DNA from: a virus
Reading direction: 5' to 3' (one strand)
Virus record (IMG/VR): IMGVR_UViG_3300044639_001144
DNA length: 64,000 nt
Shown here: positions 48,816-58,976 of the stretch, piece by piece
Layout of the letters: each line of letters starts with the position of its first letter
Position numbering within the stretch: position 1 is the first letter of the stretch
The notes under the pieces: generated by a model
Database searches by the model: none
Seen by the model: only the letters and a program-made list of their open reading frames with translations
What the model was told of the DNA's origin: nothing
Translations under genes and position numbers: made by a program

Positions 48816-49769
48816 ATGACTTACTCTACAGGAAATTTAATACAGGCAACAGACTATAATGGTTTTGTTTCCACTACAGTTGGTGCTAATATTAATGCTA
48901 CTATGAATACTACATACGGACAAACAGCATTGTCTACTGTAGCAGCAGCTGGCACAGTAACAGCGACTCAATGGTCAACATTGAATGCAAATATTAGTAC
49001 TATGGGAAGCCATCAAGGTACTACTATTACATCAAGAACAAATCCAGTGGCGGGTAACGTAATTGCTGTATTAGCAAACGTTAATGCAGACATTACTAGT
49101 TGCTATACTAATCGTTTTAATGCTGCCACACAGGGTTCACAATATACAGCATGGACTGGTACTGCTAGTAAAACTACAGGAACCGGTTCTGGTACAGCAG
49201 CATGGACTATTACATTTACTAATACAGTTACTTTTGCCAATACAAACGCTGCTAGTAATTTCTTTAATTCTGGTGGATTAATTAAAACTCAATTTAGCAA
49301 AACTTCAACTGGAACAGCCCAAGATACCCAATGGAACTCATTTATTGGGAATGTATGCGGCACAATTTTTCTATCTAGTACAGCAGCCAGCAAAACTCTT
49401 AGCGGTAACACGTATACAGGTACAACTAAAGTTGGCGGTAATGGTACTCCTACTACTTTAACAACAAGTACAGGATTTGCTCAATTAACATCTTCGCCTG
49501 TTACAATTTATAAACAATTTGCTGTTGGCTCACCTTATTCTTCAAATTTTGTGCAAGTTAATGCCTCAGTTAGTGGTGCTGTGTTAACACTTACTACTCT
49601 GTGGTCTGATGCTGGCGATCCATTTGGAGCAGCTATTACAGGCGGTACAGCAACTACTGGTATTACTTTTGGCACAGCTCCGGCAACAGTAGTTACATAT
49701 TTTCCTCCTGAAACAACATATCTTGCTAACGTCTGGGGAACACCAACTGTAGCAGCTTCTGTAGTTTAA
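48816..49769 (+). CDS. virion structural protein (T/G/A-rich, tail-fibre region)
   Basis: G.LIQA.DYN, VTATQW..L, TVTF......NFFNSGG. Confidence 0.6.
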   Translation: MTYSTGNLIQATDYNGFVSTTVGANINATMNTTYGQTALSTVAAAGTVTATQWSTLNANISTMGSHQGTTITSRTNPVAGNVIAVLANVNADITSCYTNRFNAATQGSQYTAWTGTASKTTGTGSGTAAWTITFTNTVTFANTNAASNFFNSGGLIKTQFSKTSTGTAQDTQWNSFIGNVCGTIFLSSTAASKTLSGNTYTGTTKVGGNGTPTTLTTSTGFAQLTSSPVTIYKQFAVGSPYSSNFVQVNASVSGAVLTLTTLWSDAGDPFGAAITGGTATTGITFGTAPATVVTYFPPETTYLANVWGTPTVAASVV

Positions 49770-49779
49770 TTGTTTTACC

Positions 49780-49806
49780 AAAGGGACTTTAGGTCCCTTT
49801 ACTTTT
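49780..49806 (+). terminator. Rho-independent terminator ending the structural operon
   Basis: AAAGGGAC-TTTAG-GTCCCTTT followed by ACTTTT. Confidence 0.75.
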
Positions 49807-49826
49807 ATTCTTTTCTGTAGTATAAT
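49798..49826 (+). promoter_or_regulatory. sigma70-like promoter TTTACT-N17-TATAAT for the glycosyltransferase operon
   Basis: -10 box 6 nt upstream of the ATG at 49833. Confidence 0.6.
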
Positions 49827-49832
49827 AATCAT

Positions 49833-50138
49833 ATGGATACTGATAAATTAGTCGCACACTCGCGGGCTAGGTTTGACCACGCCGCCGCAAAACGAACTCT
49901 CAAAGAAAAATATCAAGCACGGCTAATTTTTGGCTGGAATGGAGGCATGTTTGAAACAACTCCTGAAATGATTACATTTTTTGCCCTGTGTGGTGATAAA
50001 CTAGTTGTTGTGTTGGATATGTATGGAAATCCCATTAAAGTTCACGCAGCAACTCTATTAAGCCTTATGCGTGATAAATGGGAAGTATGTATGCAAGACT
50101 GGCATACTGAATACGAAGAATTAAACAAAAAACGATGA
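49833..50138 (+). CDS. hypothetical protein
   Basis: 101 aa; NGGMF and VLD.YGNPIKV; ATGA-coupled to the next gene. Confidence 0.7.
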   Translation: MDTDKLVAHSRARFDHAAAKRTLKEKYQARLIFGWNGGMFETTPEMITFFALCGDKLVVVLDMYGNPIKVHAATLLSLMRDKWEVCMQDWHTEYEELNKKR

Positions 50139-50938
50139 CTACCGGTGCACTTATATTCGCTTTTAATAATGAGCACATAGATTATCTCGCTATGGCACGA
50201 TGGACAGCTGCCAATATTCTGAGGCATTTAGATATCCCAACTGCTATTGTGACAGATACGCAATTTGATCCTAAAGAATATGAGCAATGTATTTTTGCCA
50301 AACCAGAAGGAGCTCATTCAAGAAGGTTTGCTGATCAAGACAATGATGTAACCTGGTATAATGGTAACCGCGTTGACGCATATGGGTTAACTCCATGGGA
50401 ACAGACATTAGTAATAGATGCTGATTATGTCGTGGCAAGTGATCAACTAAAGACATTATTAGCTATGCCACATACTTTTGCGGCACATAAAACAGCATAT
50501 GATGTTGTAAATCTAGATAATTTTGATGAATTAAACAACTTTGGCAACTTTAACATGCCAATGTGGTGGGCTACAGTAATGATGTTTAGGCGAGATCCAG
50601 AAGTTGAGATGTTATTTAACGCAATGAATATGATTAAGCAAAATTGGCAGCATTATAGAAATTTGTATAAGATTTCAAAATCAACCTATCGCAATGATTT
50701 TGCTCTAAGTATTGCTTTAGGTATTATTCATGGGCATACACTTGATCATACCGACATTCCGTGGAACCTAGCATCAGTAACTCCTGACCATGCGCTGAAA
50801 AAACTAGCAAACGACATATATCAAGTAGATTTTTTAACACAGGATCAAAAACCAAGATATATAACTTTATCTAATCAGGATTTTCATGCAATGGGTAAGA
50901 GACATTTAGGAGATATTGTTGCCAGTGATATCGGATAG
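50135..50938 (+). CDS. GT-A fold glycosyltransferase-like protein (GT8-like)
   Basis: AYGLTPWEQTLVIDADY (DxD), WATVMMF, RNDFALSIA, FHAMGK. Confidence 0.7.
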   Translation: MTTGALIFAFNNEHIDYLAMARWTAANILRHLDIPTAIVTDTQFDPKEYEQCIFAKPEGAHSRRFADQDNDVTWYNGNRVDAYGLTPWEQTLVIDADYVVASDQLKTLLAMPHTFAAHKTAYDVVNLDNFDELNNFGNFNMPMWWATVMMFRRDPEVEMLFNAMNMIKQNWQHYRNLYKISKSTYRNDFALSIALGIIHGHTLDHTDIPWNLASVTPDHALKKLANDIYQVDFLTQDQKPRYITLSNQDFHAMGKRHLGDIVASDIG

Positions 50939-51650
50939 AGGATATTTGATCCCTGCTATCGGTGATCAATATATTGAGTGTGCTAATAAGTTAGTTTATA
51001 GTATACGTCAGTGGCATCCTAATGCTTATTACACTATTATCACTGAGGATATGTTACCATATGGAAATCTTGGAGGATATGCTAATGATTGGCAATGTTG
51101 TTTGCTTAGTCCATACAAACATACTATCAAATTAGAAGCTGATATGTGGTGTGCTAGTCCGATTGATCATTGGTGGGATTTATTCATGACCAAGGATCTA
51201 GTTATTAGTCAAGGATGTAGAGATTTTTACGATAAAGCTGGTAAATCAAGATATTATCGCAAGATATTTGATGATAACAACTTGCCTGATGTGTATAATG
51301 CCATTACATACTGGCAAACAAGTGATACAGCCACTGAATTTTTCAAATTAGTGCGTAGTATATTTGAAAATTGGGAAAAGTATAAGACTTTGTTAAAATT
51401 TCCCGATGAAAAAGCTACCACTGATGTAGTTTATGCTATGGCCGCTATTATAATGGGAGTTGAAGATGTAACCTTACCGAAAGGACTAGGCCCGACAATA
51501 GTACATATGAAGAAACATATGATACCTATTTTATCGGAAGATTGGAGTAAAGAGTTAGTATGTGAACATACAAATCCTGGCATTAGAATCAATACAGTAG
51601 CACAATGGGGATTAGTTCATTATTATATCAAAGAGATGGCAAATGAATGA
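50916..51650 (+). CDS. GT-A fold glycosyltransferase-like protein (paralog)
   Basis: RGYLIPA, LSPYKHTIKLEADM, LPDVYNAITY, TTDVVYA, HMKK, VHYY. Confidence 0.65.
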   Translation: MLPVISDRGYLIPAIGDQYIECANKLVYSIRQWHPNAYYTIITEDMLPYGNLGGYANDWQCCLLSPYKHTIKLEADMWCASPIDHWWDLFMTKDLVISQGCRDFYDKAGKSRYYRKIFDDNNLPDVYNAITYWQTSDTATEFFKLVRSIFENWEKYKTLLKFPDEKATTDVVYAMAAIIMGVEDVTLPKGLGPTIVHMKKHMIPILSEDWSKELVCEHTNPGIRINTVAQWGLVHYYIKEMANE

Positions 51651-51960
51651 AGAAGAATTTTGGGCAGCATTGCAGCCTATAGAGATAAAACCTGTATTTT
51701 ATAGGCTGTATCATGACGAACAAGGACTTCCATTATTTTTTAGTCAAGAAGATTTACCTGGTAATTATATAGATCTTGATCAGACTACATACAATACACC
51801 TCATACTCACATTCGAGTAATTGATGGTAAACTAGTGACTCTTGATACAAATGTAATAACAAAAATAACTCCTACAACATATGGAGTACCATGTCACCCA
51901 CACGATGTAAGTATAGTGGTTGGCACAGCATTGCCTCATGTAAACTGGAATATAGTATGA
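51643..51960 (+). CDS. hypothetical protein
   Basis: 105 aa; FYRLYHDEQG; overlaps both neighbours. Confidence 0.65.
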   Translation: MNEEEFWAALQPIEIKPVFYRLYHDEQGLPLFFSQEDLPGNYIDLDQTTYNTPHTHIRVIDGKLVTLDTNVITKITPTTYGVPCHPHDVSIVVGTALPHVNWNIV

Positions 51961-52889
51961 CGACAAGAGTAGATGTAGCAGATTTAGATGTAGTATATCT
52001 TTCGTATGACGAACCACAAAAAGAAAAGTTTTGGGTCAACATTAAAAACATAGTGCCCTGGGCAAAGCGGGTCGACGGAGTTGTTGGATCAGATGCGGCC
52101 CATAAAGCTGCTGCTGCTGCTAGTGAAACTGAAAGATTTATTTTAATTGACGGTGATAATCTTCCTGAAGATGATTTTTTTGATCTAATACTTGAATTTC
52201 CAGATGAACAATGGGAACAAGCTGTATATCGATGGAGAGCACGTAATAATATTAATGGATTGATGTATGGCAATGGAGGAATTAGTTCATGGACTCGCAC
52301 GTTTATCAATGACATGAAAACACATGAAAATACTGATGGCAAAGTTGAAACTCAAGTAGAATTTTGCTTTGATCCATTATACTGGGCTATGCATGACTGT
52401 TATTCAACAACATATCCAAATGGATCACCGTTTCAAGCATGGAGAGCTGGGTTTAGGGAAGGGGTTAAGATGTGTTTAGATCGCGGATCTAAACCTAGTA
52501 TACAAGATTTTAGAAAACGTGTTCATCATCGTAATCTTGATCACTTAACTATATGGCATAATGTAGGCAGAGATGTTGAGAATGGTATTTGGGCTATATT
52601 GGGAGCTCGTATGGGCACCTACATGCTTATGATTAACTCAACTTGGGATTACACACAGGTACAAGATTTTAATGCGCTTAAACTGATATATGATACTATC
52701 GATGGGCATAACCCAGAGCATGTTGCTGCTAGGATTGCGCCTGATTTGCATACACAATTAGATCTTCCGATAACAATGCTAGATGAAACTGCTAGTAAGT
52801 TTTTTAAGCGTCACTATCATAGTAACTGGCACAACCAAGGCATAATGGTTCGTGAAATTGATGTAATACGCAGACAAGAAGGTTGGTAA
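51957..52889 (+). CDS. glycosyltransferase-like protein (GT2-like)
   Basis: Start reassigned to ATG 51957 (ATGA overlap); YLSYDEP, RVDGVVGSDAAHKAAA, ILIDGDN, NGLMYGNGG, AWRAGFREGVKM. Confidence 0.7.
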   Translation: MTTRVDVADLDVVYLSYDEPQKEKFWVNIKNIVPWAKRVDGVVGSDAAHKAAAAASETERFILIDGDNLPEDDFFDLILEFPDEQWEQAVYRWRARNNINGLMYGNGGISSWTRTFINDMKTHENTDGKVETQVEFCFDPLYWAMHDCYSTTYPNGSPFQAWRAGFREGVKMCLDRGSKPSIQDFRKRVHHRNLDHLTIWHNVGRDVENGIWAILGARMGTYMLMINSTWDYTQVQDFNALKLIYDTIDGHNPEHVAARIAPDLHTQLDLPITMLDETASKFFKRHYHSNWHNQGIMVREIDVIRRQEGW

Positions 52890-53858
52890 TTACTTAATAT
52901 TAAGTATTTTTATTGGGATTCTACGCTTATTAATGTTAACATCGCTTGAACAGTTACATATATTGTATGGACAGATAATAGATTCAGTTGGCCAGTGTAT
53001 GAACTCAGGTGTATTAATGTTACCTATAATTCCTCCTGCCATACAGTTACCTCTTTTAACGTTACCTGTAGCTCCAATGAATAAGCTGCGTAATCCTACA
53101 TCACACTCGTAGTCTTTAAAGTTTGTTTGTCCACGGTTAATATAATATACTTGATCTTTACTGTACCCTATTGTGCCATCATCAAATATGTATTCAGCTC
53201 CTAAGTTGAACCAGGGTTTATGTCTGTGTGGATTGTCTGCTCGTGGAAAACGTGGTTTGGCTGTATCCATCCATTCAATCTGTTCCTGTGTATATTTGTC
53301 GCTGCTGTTTTGTCGCCCCCACTCATACACTCGCACAACTTCTGCGCTATACCCATCATGTTCTAGTAGCTTGTTATATGCTTGGATACACTTATCCCAG
53401 TGACTACTTAGCATCATTACACGGGCCGATACACGGGTTACCTCCGCTGTTGCTAGGACATTGTTGAAGTATTGATCTGTTGAGAATTCAGGATGATAGC
53501 TAAAGGATATCTGATTAATGTAAGGGCCGATTTCTTGCCAATACTCTTGACTTTTGTATGCGTTTGATGTTATAGTAATACTGTGCCCTGCGGTATGTAT
53601 CAGTTTGACCAACTCTGGGAAGAATGGACTCATACTAGGTTCACCGCCCCCGATAGAGAAATGTAATTTAGGGTATCGTTGGAATAATAAGTCTAAGAAT
53701 CTTCTGGCATTGTCCCAATCGTAATTGTGATTAGAGCCATTGTGTGTTGAGGGTGGACAGTAAACACAACTGTTTGGGCAAATGTTGTTGACAATCCAAG
53801 TAATATGAGTTACACTTTCACTATGCTGTCTTACTACGTTTATTTTAGGTAATGCCAT
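52890..53858 (-). CDS. radical SAM enzyme with C-terminal Cys-rich (Twitch/SPASM-like) domain
   Basis: CPNSCVYC, GGGEPS, ITSN, C.VG...GNC...C..NIC.C. Confidence 0.88.
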   Translation of the reverse strand: MALPKINVVRQHSESVTHITWIVNNICPNSCVYCPPSTHNGSNHNYDWDNARRFLDLLFQRYPKLHFSIGGGEPSMSPFFPELVKLIHTAGHSITITSNAYKSQEYWQEIGPYINQISFSYHPEFSTDQYFNNVLATAEVTRVSARVMMLSSHWDKCIQAYNKLLEHDGYSAEVVRVYEWGRQNSSDKYTQEQIEWMDTAKPRFPRADNPHRHKPWFNLGAEYIFDDGTIGYSKDQVYYINRGQTNFKDYECDVGLRSLFIGATGNVKRGNCMAGGIIGNINTPEFIHWPTESIICPYNICNCSSDVNINKRRIPIKILNIK

Positions 53859-54400
53859 CACTTAACTCCAATTATCATATAACGTGTAAACTGTGAATCA
53901 GGATACACAAAGTCTAAACTATCGTAATAATCAATACTTGTTAGCGGATATTGGTCAATGAAATCATCCAATGTAGCAGAATGCACCACATGATCGTCAT
54001 GCGGCATATCATTGCCTTGAAGTATAACTCTAGTTCCCTTAGGAATGTTATCAAACCAATCCATAGAGTCAAAATGCTCTGTGCTAGTGTTAATTATTAA
54101 ATCTGGGTTTCCAGGCAATTCTATATTACAATCTTTTGTATATGCTTTAAACTTCCATTCCTTAATAACCCAATTTTCATTTATCATGTCAGCGATTGAT
54201 TCACAAGTAGGATCTAAATCATAGCTTTCAATACGATCAACCATAAACTTTTCTCTACTTAACAGTAAGAATCCAGTTATACCATACCATCCGGCATATA
54301 TACGGGTAAGTTTACTATCCCATCCTAAATTTTCAAGTTCACGACATAGCCATAGCTTGCTATCCATTTGCCCATTTGAAAATGCGTCTTTGTTTATCAT
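53858..54400 (-). CDS. class I SAM-dependent methyltransferase-like protein
   Basis: AFSNGQ.DSK.WL, IYAGWYG, SYDLD, INTSTEH. Confidence 0.7.
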   Translation of the reverse strand: MINKDAFSNGQMDSKLWLCRELENLGWDSKLTRIYAGWYGITGFLLLSREKFMVDRIESYDLDPTCESIADMINENWVIKEWKFKAYTKDCNIELPGNPDLIINTSTEHFDSMDWFDNIPKGTRVILQGNDMPHDDHVVHSATLDDFIDQYPLTSIDYYDSLDFVYPDSQFTRYMIIGVK

Positions 54401-55215
54401 AGATTTATTAAATTTTTATGTATGTAATGGCTATAATCCAAATACCCTTGGTTAACATATTCTAAATATTGCTCTTTAGAAGTTATTTTTTTAATCACAT
54501 TAGTTTTAAATTTATCCATTGTAAAATGTTCTACAGATTGTGTGGTAATGGTTTCGTATATTAACTCAGCTAATATTTTTAAATTGGGAATAGTTAAATG
54601 ATTAGCTCTAGGATCAAATTTAGTAAATTCCACAAAGTCCATATATTTATACCCTCCGATAATTTCTCTTGTTGTAATATCAGTAAAAAGTATTGGAGGT
54701 ATTAGAAAATTGGCAGGGTGAACTATATTAGGAATATGGTGTTTCCATGGTTGATGTTTTAACATTATAAATGTAGCATTGGGTTTTGATCTTGCTACAT
54801 TGCTTATTACATGTACATAACTTTCGAAGTTCATGGAAATTATATCAGGTGACGCATTAACCATCCACCATTCAATATGCTCTTTACTTTTGTAGTACCA
54901 ACTATTGTCAATATGTGGTCTTGTGTCGGGACCATGGCAATAACCTGCCGCTGTTTCTGGATGATTTGAAATTTGAAAATCAAAATGTAATCTCCCCTTA
55001 GTGCTAGGTATGTAAACCACAATATCATCATCTCCGATAACATTATTTTGAGCATCATTTACGAATTGTAGTGCAGCATATTCGGTACTACCCCCTCCTA
55101 CTGCTTTATTGATTAGTGGAATTTGTAACTTTTCTTTGAGCAGTACTGCCCATGTCTGCATTCCTGGATCATTGCTGACACCAAAACTATCGCCATATAT
55201 TCTTAATGTTTTCAT
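54397..55215 (-). CDS. SGNH/GDSL-like hydrolase or acyltransferase (paralog 1)
   Basis: MKTLRIYGDSF, NKAVGGGS, DPRANHLT; start reassigned to ATG 55215 (SD AGGTG). Confidence 0.65.
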   Translation of the reverse strand: MKTLRIYGDSFGVSNDPGMQTWAVLLKEKLQIPLINKAVGGGSTEYAALQFVNDAQNNVIGDDDIVVYIPSTKGRLHFDFQISNHPETAAGYCHGPDTRPHIDNSWYYKSKEHIEWWMVNASPDIISMNFESYVHVISNVARSKPNATFIMLKHQPWKHHIPNIVHPANFLIPPILFTDITTREIIGGYKYMDFVEFTKFDPRANHLTIPNLKILAELIYETITTQSVEHFTMDKFKTNVIKKITSKEQYLEYVNQGYLDYSHYIHKNLINL

Positions 55216-55230
55216 GTTATCACCTATCAA

Positions 55231-55308
55231 TCACTGTATATTTAACCTAGAGTTGTAGTATAGTTTACTATCCGTTTGCTCGTTTGAAAATGCATACTTT
55301 GGTATCAT
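55231..55308 (-). pseudogene. truncated duplicate of the methyltransferase 5' end
   Basis: MIPKYAFSNEQTDSKL.. versus MINKDAFSNGQMDSKL; same ATGA overlap with the upstream SGNH gene. Confidence 0.75.
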
Positions 55309-56108
55309 AACTGTGGCAAATTGTTTAATATTGCGTGTCTATAATACACATACTCTTGTGTAACATATTCTAAATATTGCTCTTTAGAAGTTATTTTTTT
55401 AATCACATTAGTTTTAAATTTATCCATTGTAAAATGTTCTACAGATTGTGTGATAATAGTTTCGTGTACTAGCTCAGTTAATATTTTTAAATTGGGAATA
55501 GTTAAATGATTGGACCTAGGGTCAGTTTTAGTAAATTCTACAAAGTCCGTATAATTATACCCTCCGATAATTTCATTAGAAGTTATGTTAGTAAATGATA
55601 TAGGAGGAATTAAAAAATTGGCAGGGTGAACTATATTAGGAATATGATCCCATGGTTGGTGTTTTAACATTATAAACGTAGCATTGGGTTTTGATCTTGC
55701 TACATTGCTTATTACATGTACATAACTTTCAAAGTTCATAGAAATTACATCATGTGATGCATTAACCATCCACCATTCTATATGTTCTTTATTTTTATAG
55801 TACCAACTATTGTCATAATCTGGTCGTACATTGGGTTCATGACAGTAGTCTGCTGCTGTATCTGGCCGATTTGAAATTTGGAAATCAAAGTGCAATCTTC
55901 CTTTAGTACTGGGAATATAAATGACGATATCATCATCGCCGATAACATTCACATCGTTGACAAATTGTAACGAAGCATATTCTGTGCTGCCGCCATGTAT
56001 AGCTTTATTGACTAGTGGGATTTGTAATTTTTCTTTAAGCATAGTAGGCCATGTCATAACCTGCATATTAGCACCGAAACTATCACCATATACTCTTAAT
56101 GTTTTCAT
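55305..56108 (-). CDS. SGNH/GDSL-like hydrolase or acyltransferase (paralog 2)
   Basis: MKTLRVYGDSF, NKAIHGGS, DPRSNHLT; closely similar to paralog 1. Confidence 0.65.
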   Translation of the reverse strand: MKTLRVYGDSFGANMQVMTWPTMLKEKLQIPLVNKAIHGGSTEYASLQFVNDVNVIGDDDIVIYIPSTKGRLHFDFQISNRPDTAADYCHEPNVRPDYDNSWYYKNKEHIEWWMVNASHDVISMNFESYVHVISNVARSKPNATFIMLKHQPWDHIPNIVHPANFLIPPISFTNITSNEIIGGYNYTDFVEFTKTDPRSNHLTIPNLKILTELVHETIITQSVEHFTMDKFKTNVIKKITSKEQYLEYVTQEYVYYRHAILNNLPQL

Positions 56109-57472
56109 TGCCTATCCGTTACTGTATATTCTACCCAATCGCCTAGTTGAGTGCTGCCATTTGTAATAGCAGTCGGGTATGCTGCAAATATCGCATCTAA
56201 AAAGTCATTATATTTTTTGGTTATTTCTTCTAGTGTAAAATTTATCATAGTATAGTCAGTGGCAAATATGTTACTATAAAAAAAGAACGGAGTGCCTCCT
56301 ATAGTCTTAGACAACAAACTTTTAACTTCGTCAAGTTCAAATAAGTTGCATTTTACATACTCAACTTCACAGGTTTTAAATCTATTCCATAGTTCTTTGA
56401 ATTTTTCTTCACTGCCAAAGTCAGAAAACAAAAGTTTTTGATTTTCTTCAATGCTGCCATTGATGTATTTGTAATATTGCTTAAAGTCATCTGACTGTTT
56501 TGCTAGATACTTTGGAAAATCATTGCCATCCCAAGTTTCTTTAAGTTTTTTGATCCAGTCAAGTGATTTTTCATGAAAGTCATAAAACACAAATTTCACA
56601 GTATCATTTCCATTTAGTATATCAAGATATTTAAACCCTGATGCTGTGCCAAAGTACGTATCACACTTTTTATTACCATGAAAGTAATATCGTTCACTGT
56701 TATATACCCAAATAGTAGGCGCAAGTTTGAATGTTTTTATCCATTTCTTTTGATTAGAGTTGGATACTAACTTTGTATTACGTTTTATAAATGCTTCATA
56801 TAGGTTATCTGTATCTGATTCAGGATAGATAAACAATCTACATTTACGCATTTCATCAGTAAAGTTGTCTATCTTAATACCATTGGCAAACGCAGCTTTT
56901 AGAAATCCATATCCTTGGCTAGTTCTAGTGCCTACTGTTGTGCCTTCAGAACCTTGCATCCAATATGGTGTATATCGATCATGAAAGTTCTCTTTTGAAC
57001 GTATATAGTTAGGAAGTTCTTCTGTTACTGTATCCCACCCGCCAAATTTAGGAGATCCTATCTCTTTCCATTTGTTGATGTTAACAAACATCATCTGATG
57101 ATGTATTTCAACCCACCCGGAACCATTCTCACTTTGCCAATCCAATGTAAATGCCAACGTAAAAAAGTCTGGATTGTCTATACTATACTGTTCAATTTGT
57201 TCCAGTAATACATTGCTTTTGATTAGATTACCAACTGATTGAATAAAGATTAAATCAAAATCTAAACTATCATTCATTGCATCATCAATGTTGTTATAAA
57301 ACATAACTTTACCTTCGACGATAGGAGTTATCATTCTTGAAGTCAGTGAGAAAGTTAAGTCACGAACTTTATTAAACAGTTCAGTGTGTTTTTCGGCCAC
57401 TCTTGCTTCATCAACAACAGCAAATTTTACTTTTTTACCTTCAAAAAATCGTCTTGTGTATACTACATTCAT
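56105..57472 (-). CDS. hypothetical two-domain protein (possible GT-like N-terminus, Rossmann/methyltransferase-like C-terminus)
   Basis: 455 aa, translationally coupled; EIHHQ..FVN...W...G.P, NFHDRYTP.W, ASGFK, VFYDF, SNIF. Confidence 0.5.
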   Translation of the reverse strand: MNVVYTRRFFEGKKVKFAVVDEARVAEKHTELFNKVRDLTFSLTSRMITPIVEGKVMFYNNIDDAMNDSLDFDLIFIQSVGNLIKSNVLLEQIEQYSIDNPDFFTLAFTLDWQSENGSGWVEIHHQMMFVNINKWKEIGSPKFGGWDTVTEELPNYIRSKENFHDRYTPYWMQGSEGTTVGTRTSQGYGFLKAAFANGIKIDNFTDEMRKCRLFIYPESDTDNLYEAFIKRNTKLVSNSNQKKWIKTFKLAPTIWVYNSERYYFHGNKKCDTYFGTASGFKYLDILNGNDTVKFVFYDFHEKSLDWIKKLKETWDGNDFPKYLAKQSDDFKQYYKYINGSIEENQKLLFSDFGSEEKFKELWNRFKTCEVEYVKCNLFELDEVKSLLSKTIGGTPFFFYSNIFATDYTMINFTLEEITKKYNDFLDAIFAAYPTAITNGSTQLGDWVEYTVTDRQ

Positions 57473-58143
57473 AAACTGTAAAACCCTTTATCGTAATTTC
57501 CATGTACAATGACATGGTATCTAACTTCATTGCTGTTATTAATGACAATATGTTCAGTGCCAACATCTAACACTAATCCAGTACCAGGTTTAAATGGTAC
57601 TATACCTTTATTCTTAAAAACAAAATGACATCCCTCTGGATTATTAATAGCAATATTTAATGGACTAAATGCTCTTTCAAATTTATTATCACTATGTGGC
57701 ATAATGTATCCACCTGGCGCAAGTCGCATAATACGTACACGATCAAATTCTGTAAATGGTAAACTACTTAAAAATTTGTATAAGTTAGGTACACGCTCAC
57801 ACGCATCGGTCCAATGATATCCAGCTTCTGTAGCATTTGTGAACCCATACTTAGTATAATGCTCGGTCTTGTGTTTGTCAATACCATGTAGTGTCAAACT
57901 TTGCCACCCTTCGTGTCCGTACCCTTTTTTCTTGTCTTGTCCTCGATGATTGAAGTACAAGTCATCTACTGACTTACACTCGGTTAGTAATAATTCAGTA
58001 TCAAAGTCAAACTTGATAGGATAATACACACATTCTGGATCATCATGTGATTCTTGAAAGTTAGTATATGTTGGATTTGCGAAGTCTTTGTTTTGATTAT
58101 AAAACTCAAGTAGATCTGGCGGAAAATTTGGTTGTGTGTTCAT
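57469..58143 (-). CDS. 2OG-Fe(II) oxygenase (aspartyl/asparaginyl beta-hydroxylase-like)
   Basis: RVRIMRLAPGGYIMPHSD ... EHIVIN.S..VRYHVIVHG (HxD...H, R). Confidence 0.85.
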   Translation of the reverse strand: MNTQPNFPPDLLEFYNQNKDFANPTYTNFQESHDDPECVYYPIKFDFDTELLLTECKSVDDLYFNHRGQDKKKGYGHEGWQSLTLHGIDKHKTEHYTKYGFTNATEAGYHWTDACERVPNLYKFLSSLPFTEFDRVRIMRLAPGGYIMPHSDNKFERAFSPLNIAINNPEGCHFVFKNKGIVPFKPGTGLVLDVGTEHIVINNSNEVRYHVIVHGNYDKGFYSL

Positions 58144-58976
58144 TTAAGATTATTTAATATATCATATCTATTTGGTATTAGCCCATTCGCTACATATTTT
58201 AAATATTGTTCTTTGGATGTAATTTTTTCAATAACATTAGTTTTAAATTTATCATATGTAATATTGTCGATTGATGAATTTTGAATTGATTCTACCAACA
58301 AATTAGCTAGTATAGTTAAATTAGGAATAGTTAAATGATTGGACCTAGGATCAATTTTAGTAAATTCAGTCCACCATTTATAATCAAAATTTTCTTCGTG
58401 TTTTATTCCTACTTCGGATTGATTAATATTCATAAGAAAGATATTGGCTCTTAAAAAATTTGTAGAAGTTATATTATCAAAAATGTTTTTTTTATACTTT
58501 CCGGGAAAAGTAGGCAAAACTATAACGGTACACGAAGGATTGCTAACAGCAAAATTTTTTAAAAGTTGTATATATGATTCATGTGTAATTTCTTGCATAC
58601 GTCGATTATGATTGACCATCCACCATTCAATATGATCTTTGTTTTTCCAATACCATTCTTGCGGAACATAGTGTTGTGGGACATGTAAATAAAGACTAGC
58701 TGTTTCTGGAGCTTCTGTTAATTGATAGGTGAAATACAATCTACCAGTCGAACTTGGTAAAAATATGATAATATCATTATCATCTATGATATTATTTTCA
58801 ACATCGTCTACAAATAATTTGATGGCATATTCTGTGCTACTACCAGATATAGCCTTATTTTTTACAGGAAGTCCTAATAAATTTCCAAGCATTACACCCC
58901 AACCTGAAGCAAGCGGAGGACGTCCAACATCTTCTCTTGCGGCAAAACTATCGCCGTATATTCTTAATGTTTTCAT
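58140..58976 (-). CDS. SGNH/GDSL-like hydrolase or acyltransferase (paralog 3)
   Basis: Start reassigned to ATG 58976 (ATGA overlap); MKTLRIYGDSF, NKAISGSS, DPRSNHLT. Confidence 0.65.
   Translation of the reverse strand: MKTLRIYGDSFAAREDVGRPPLASGWGVMLGNLLGLPVKNKAISGSSTEYAIKLFVDDVENNIIDDNDIIIFLPSSTGRLYFTYQLTEAPETASLYLHVPQHYVPQEWYWKNKDHIEWWMVNHNRRMQEITHESYIQLLKNFAVSNPSCTVIVLPTFPGKYKKNIFDNITSTNFLRANIFLMNINQSEVGIKHEENFDYKWWTEFTKIDPRSNHLTIPNLTILANLLVESIQNSSIDNITYDKFKTNVIEKITSKEQYLKYVANGLIPNRYDILNNLK

Noticed and set aside
51891-51956. Upstream extension of the GT2-like ORF (similarly the extended starts at 21018, 55230, 58994, 60157 and 62070)
   Set aside because: Downstream ATGs give stop/start coupling, SD or promoter spacing, or match paralog N-termini
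54397-58976. Diversity-generating retroelement template/variable repeat pair
   Set aside because: The similarity covers whole paralogous genes, differences are not adenine-specific, and no reverse transcriptase is in the window
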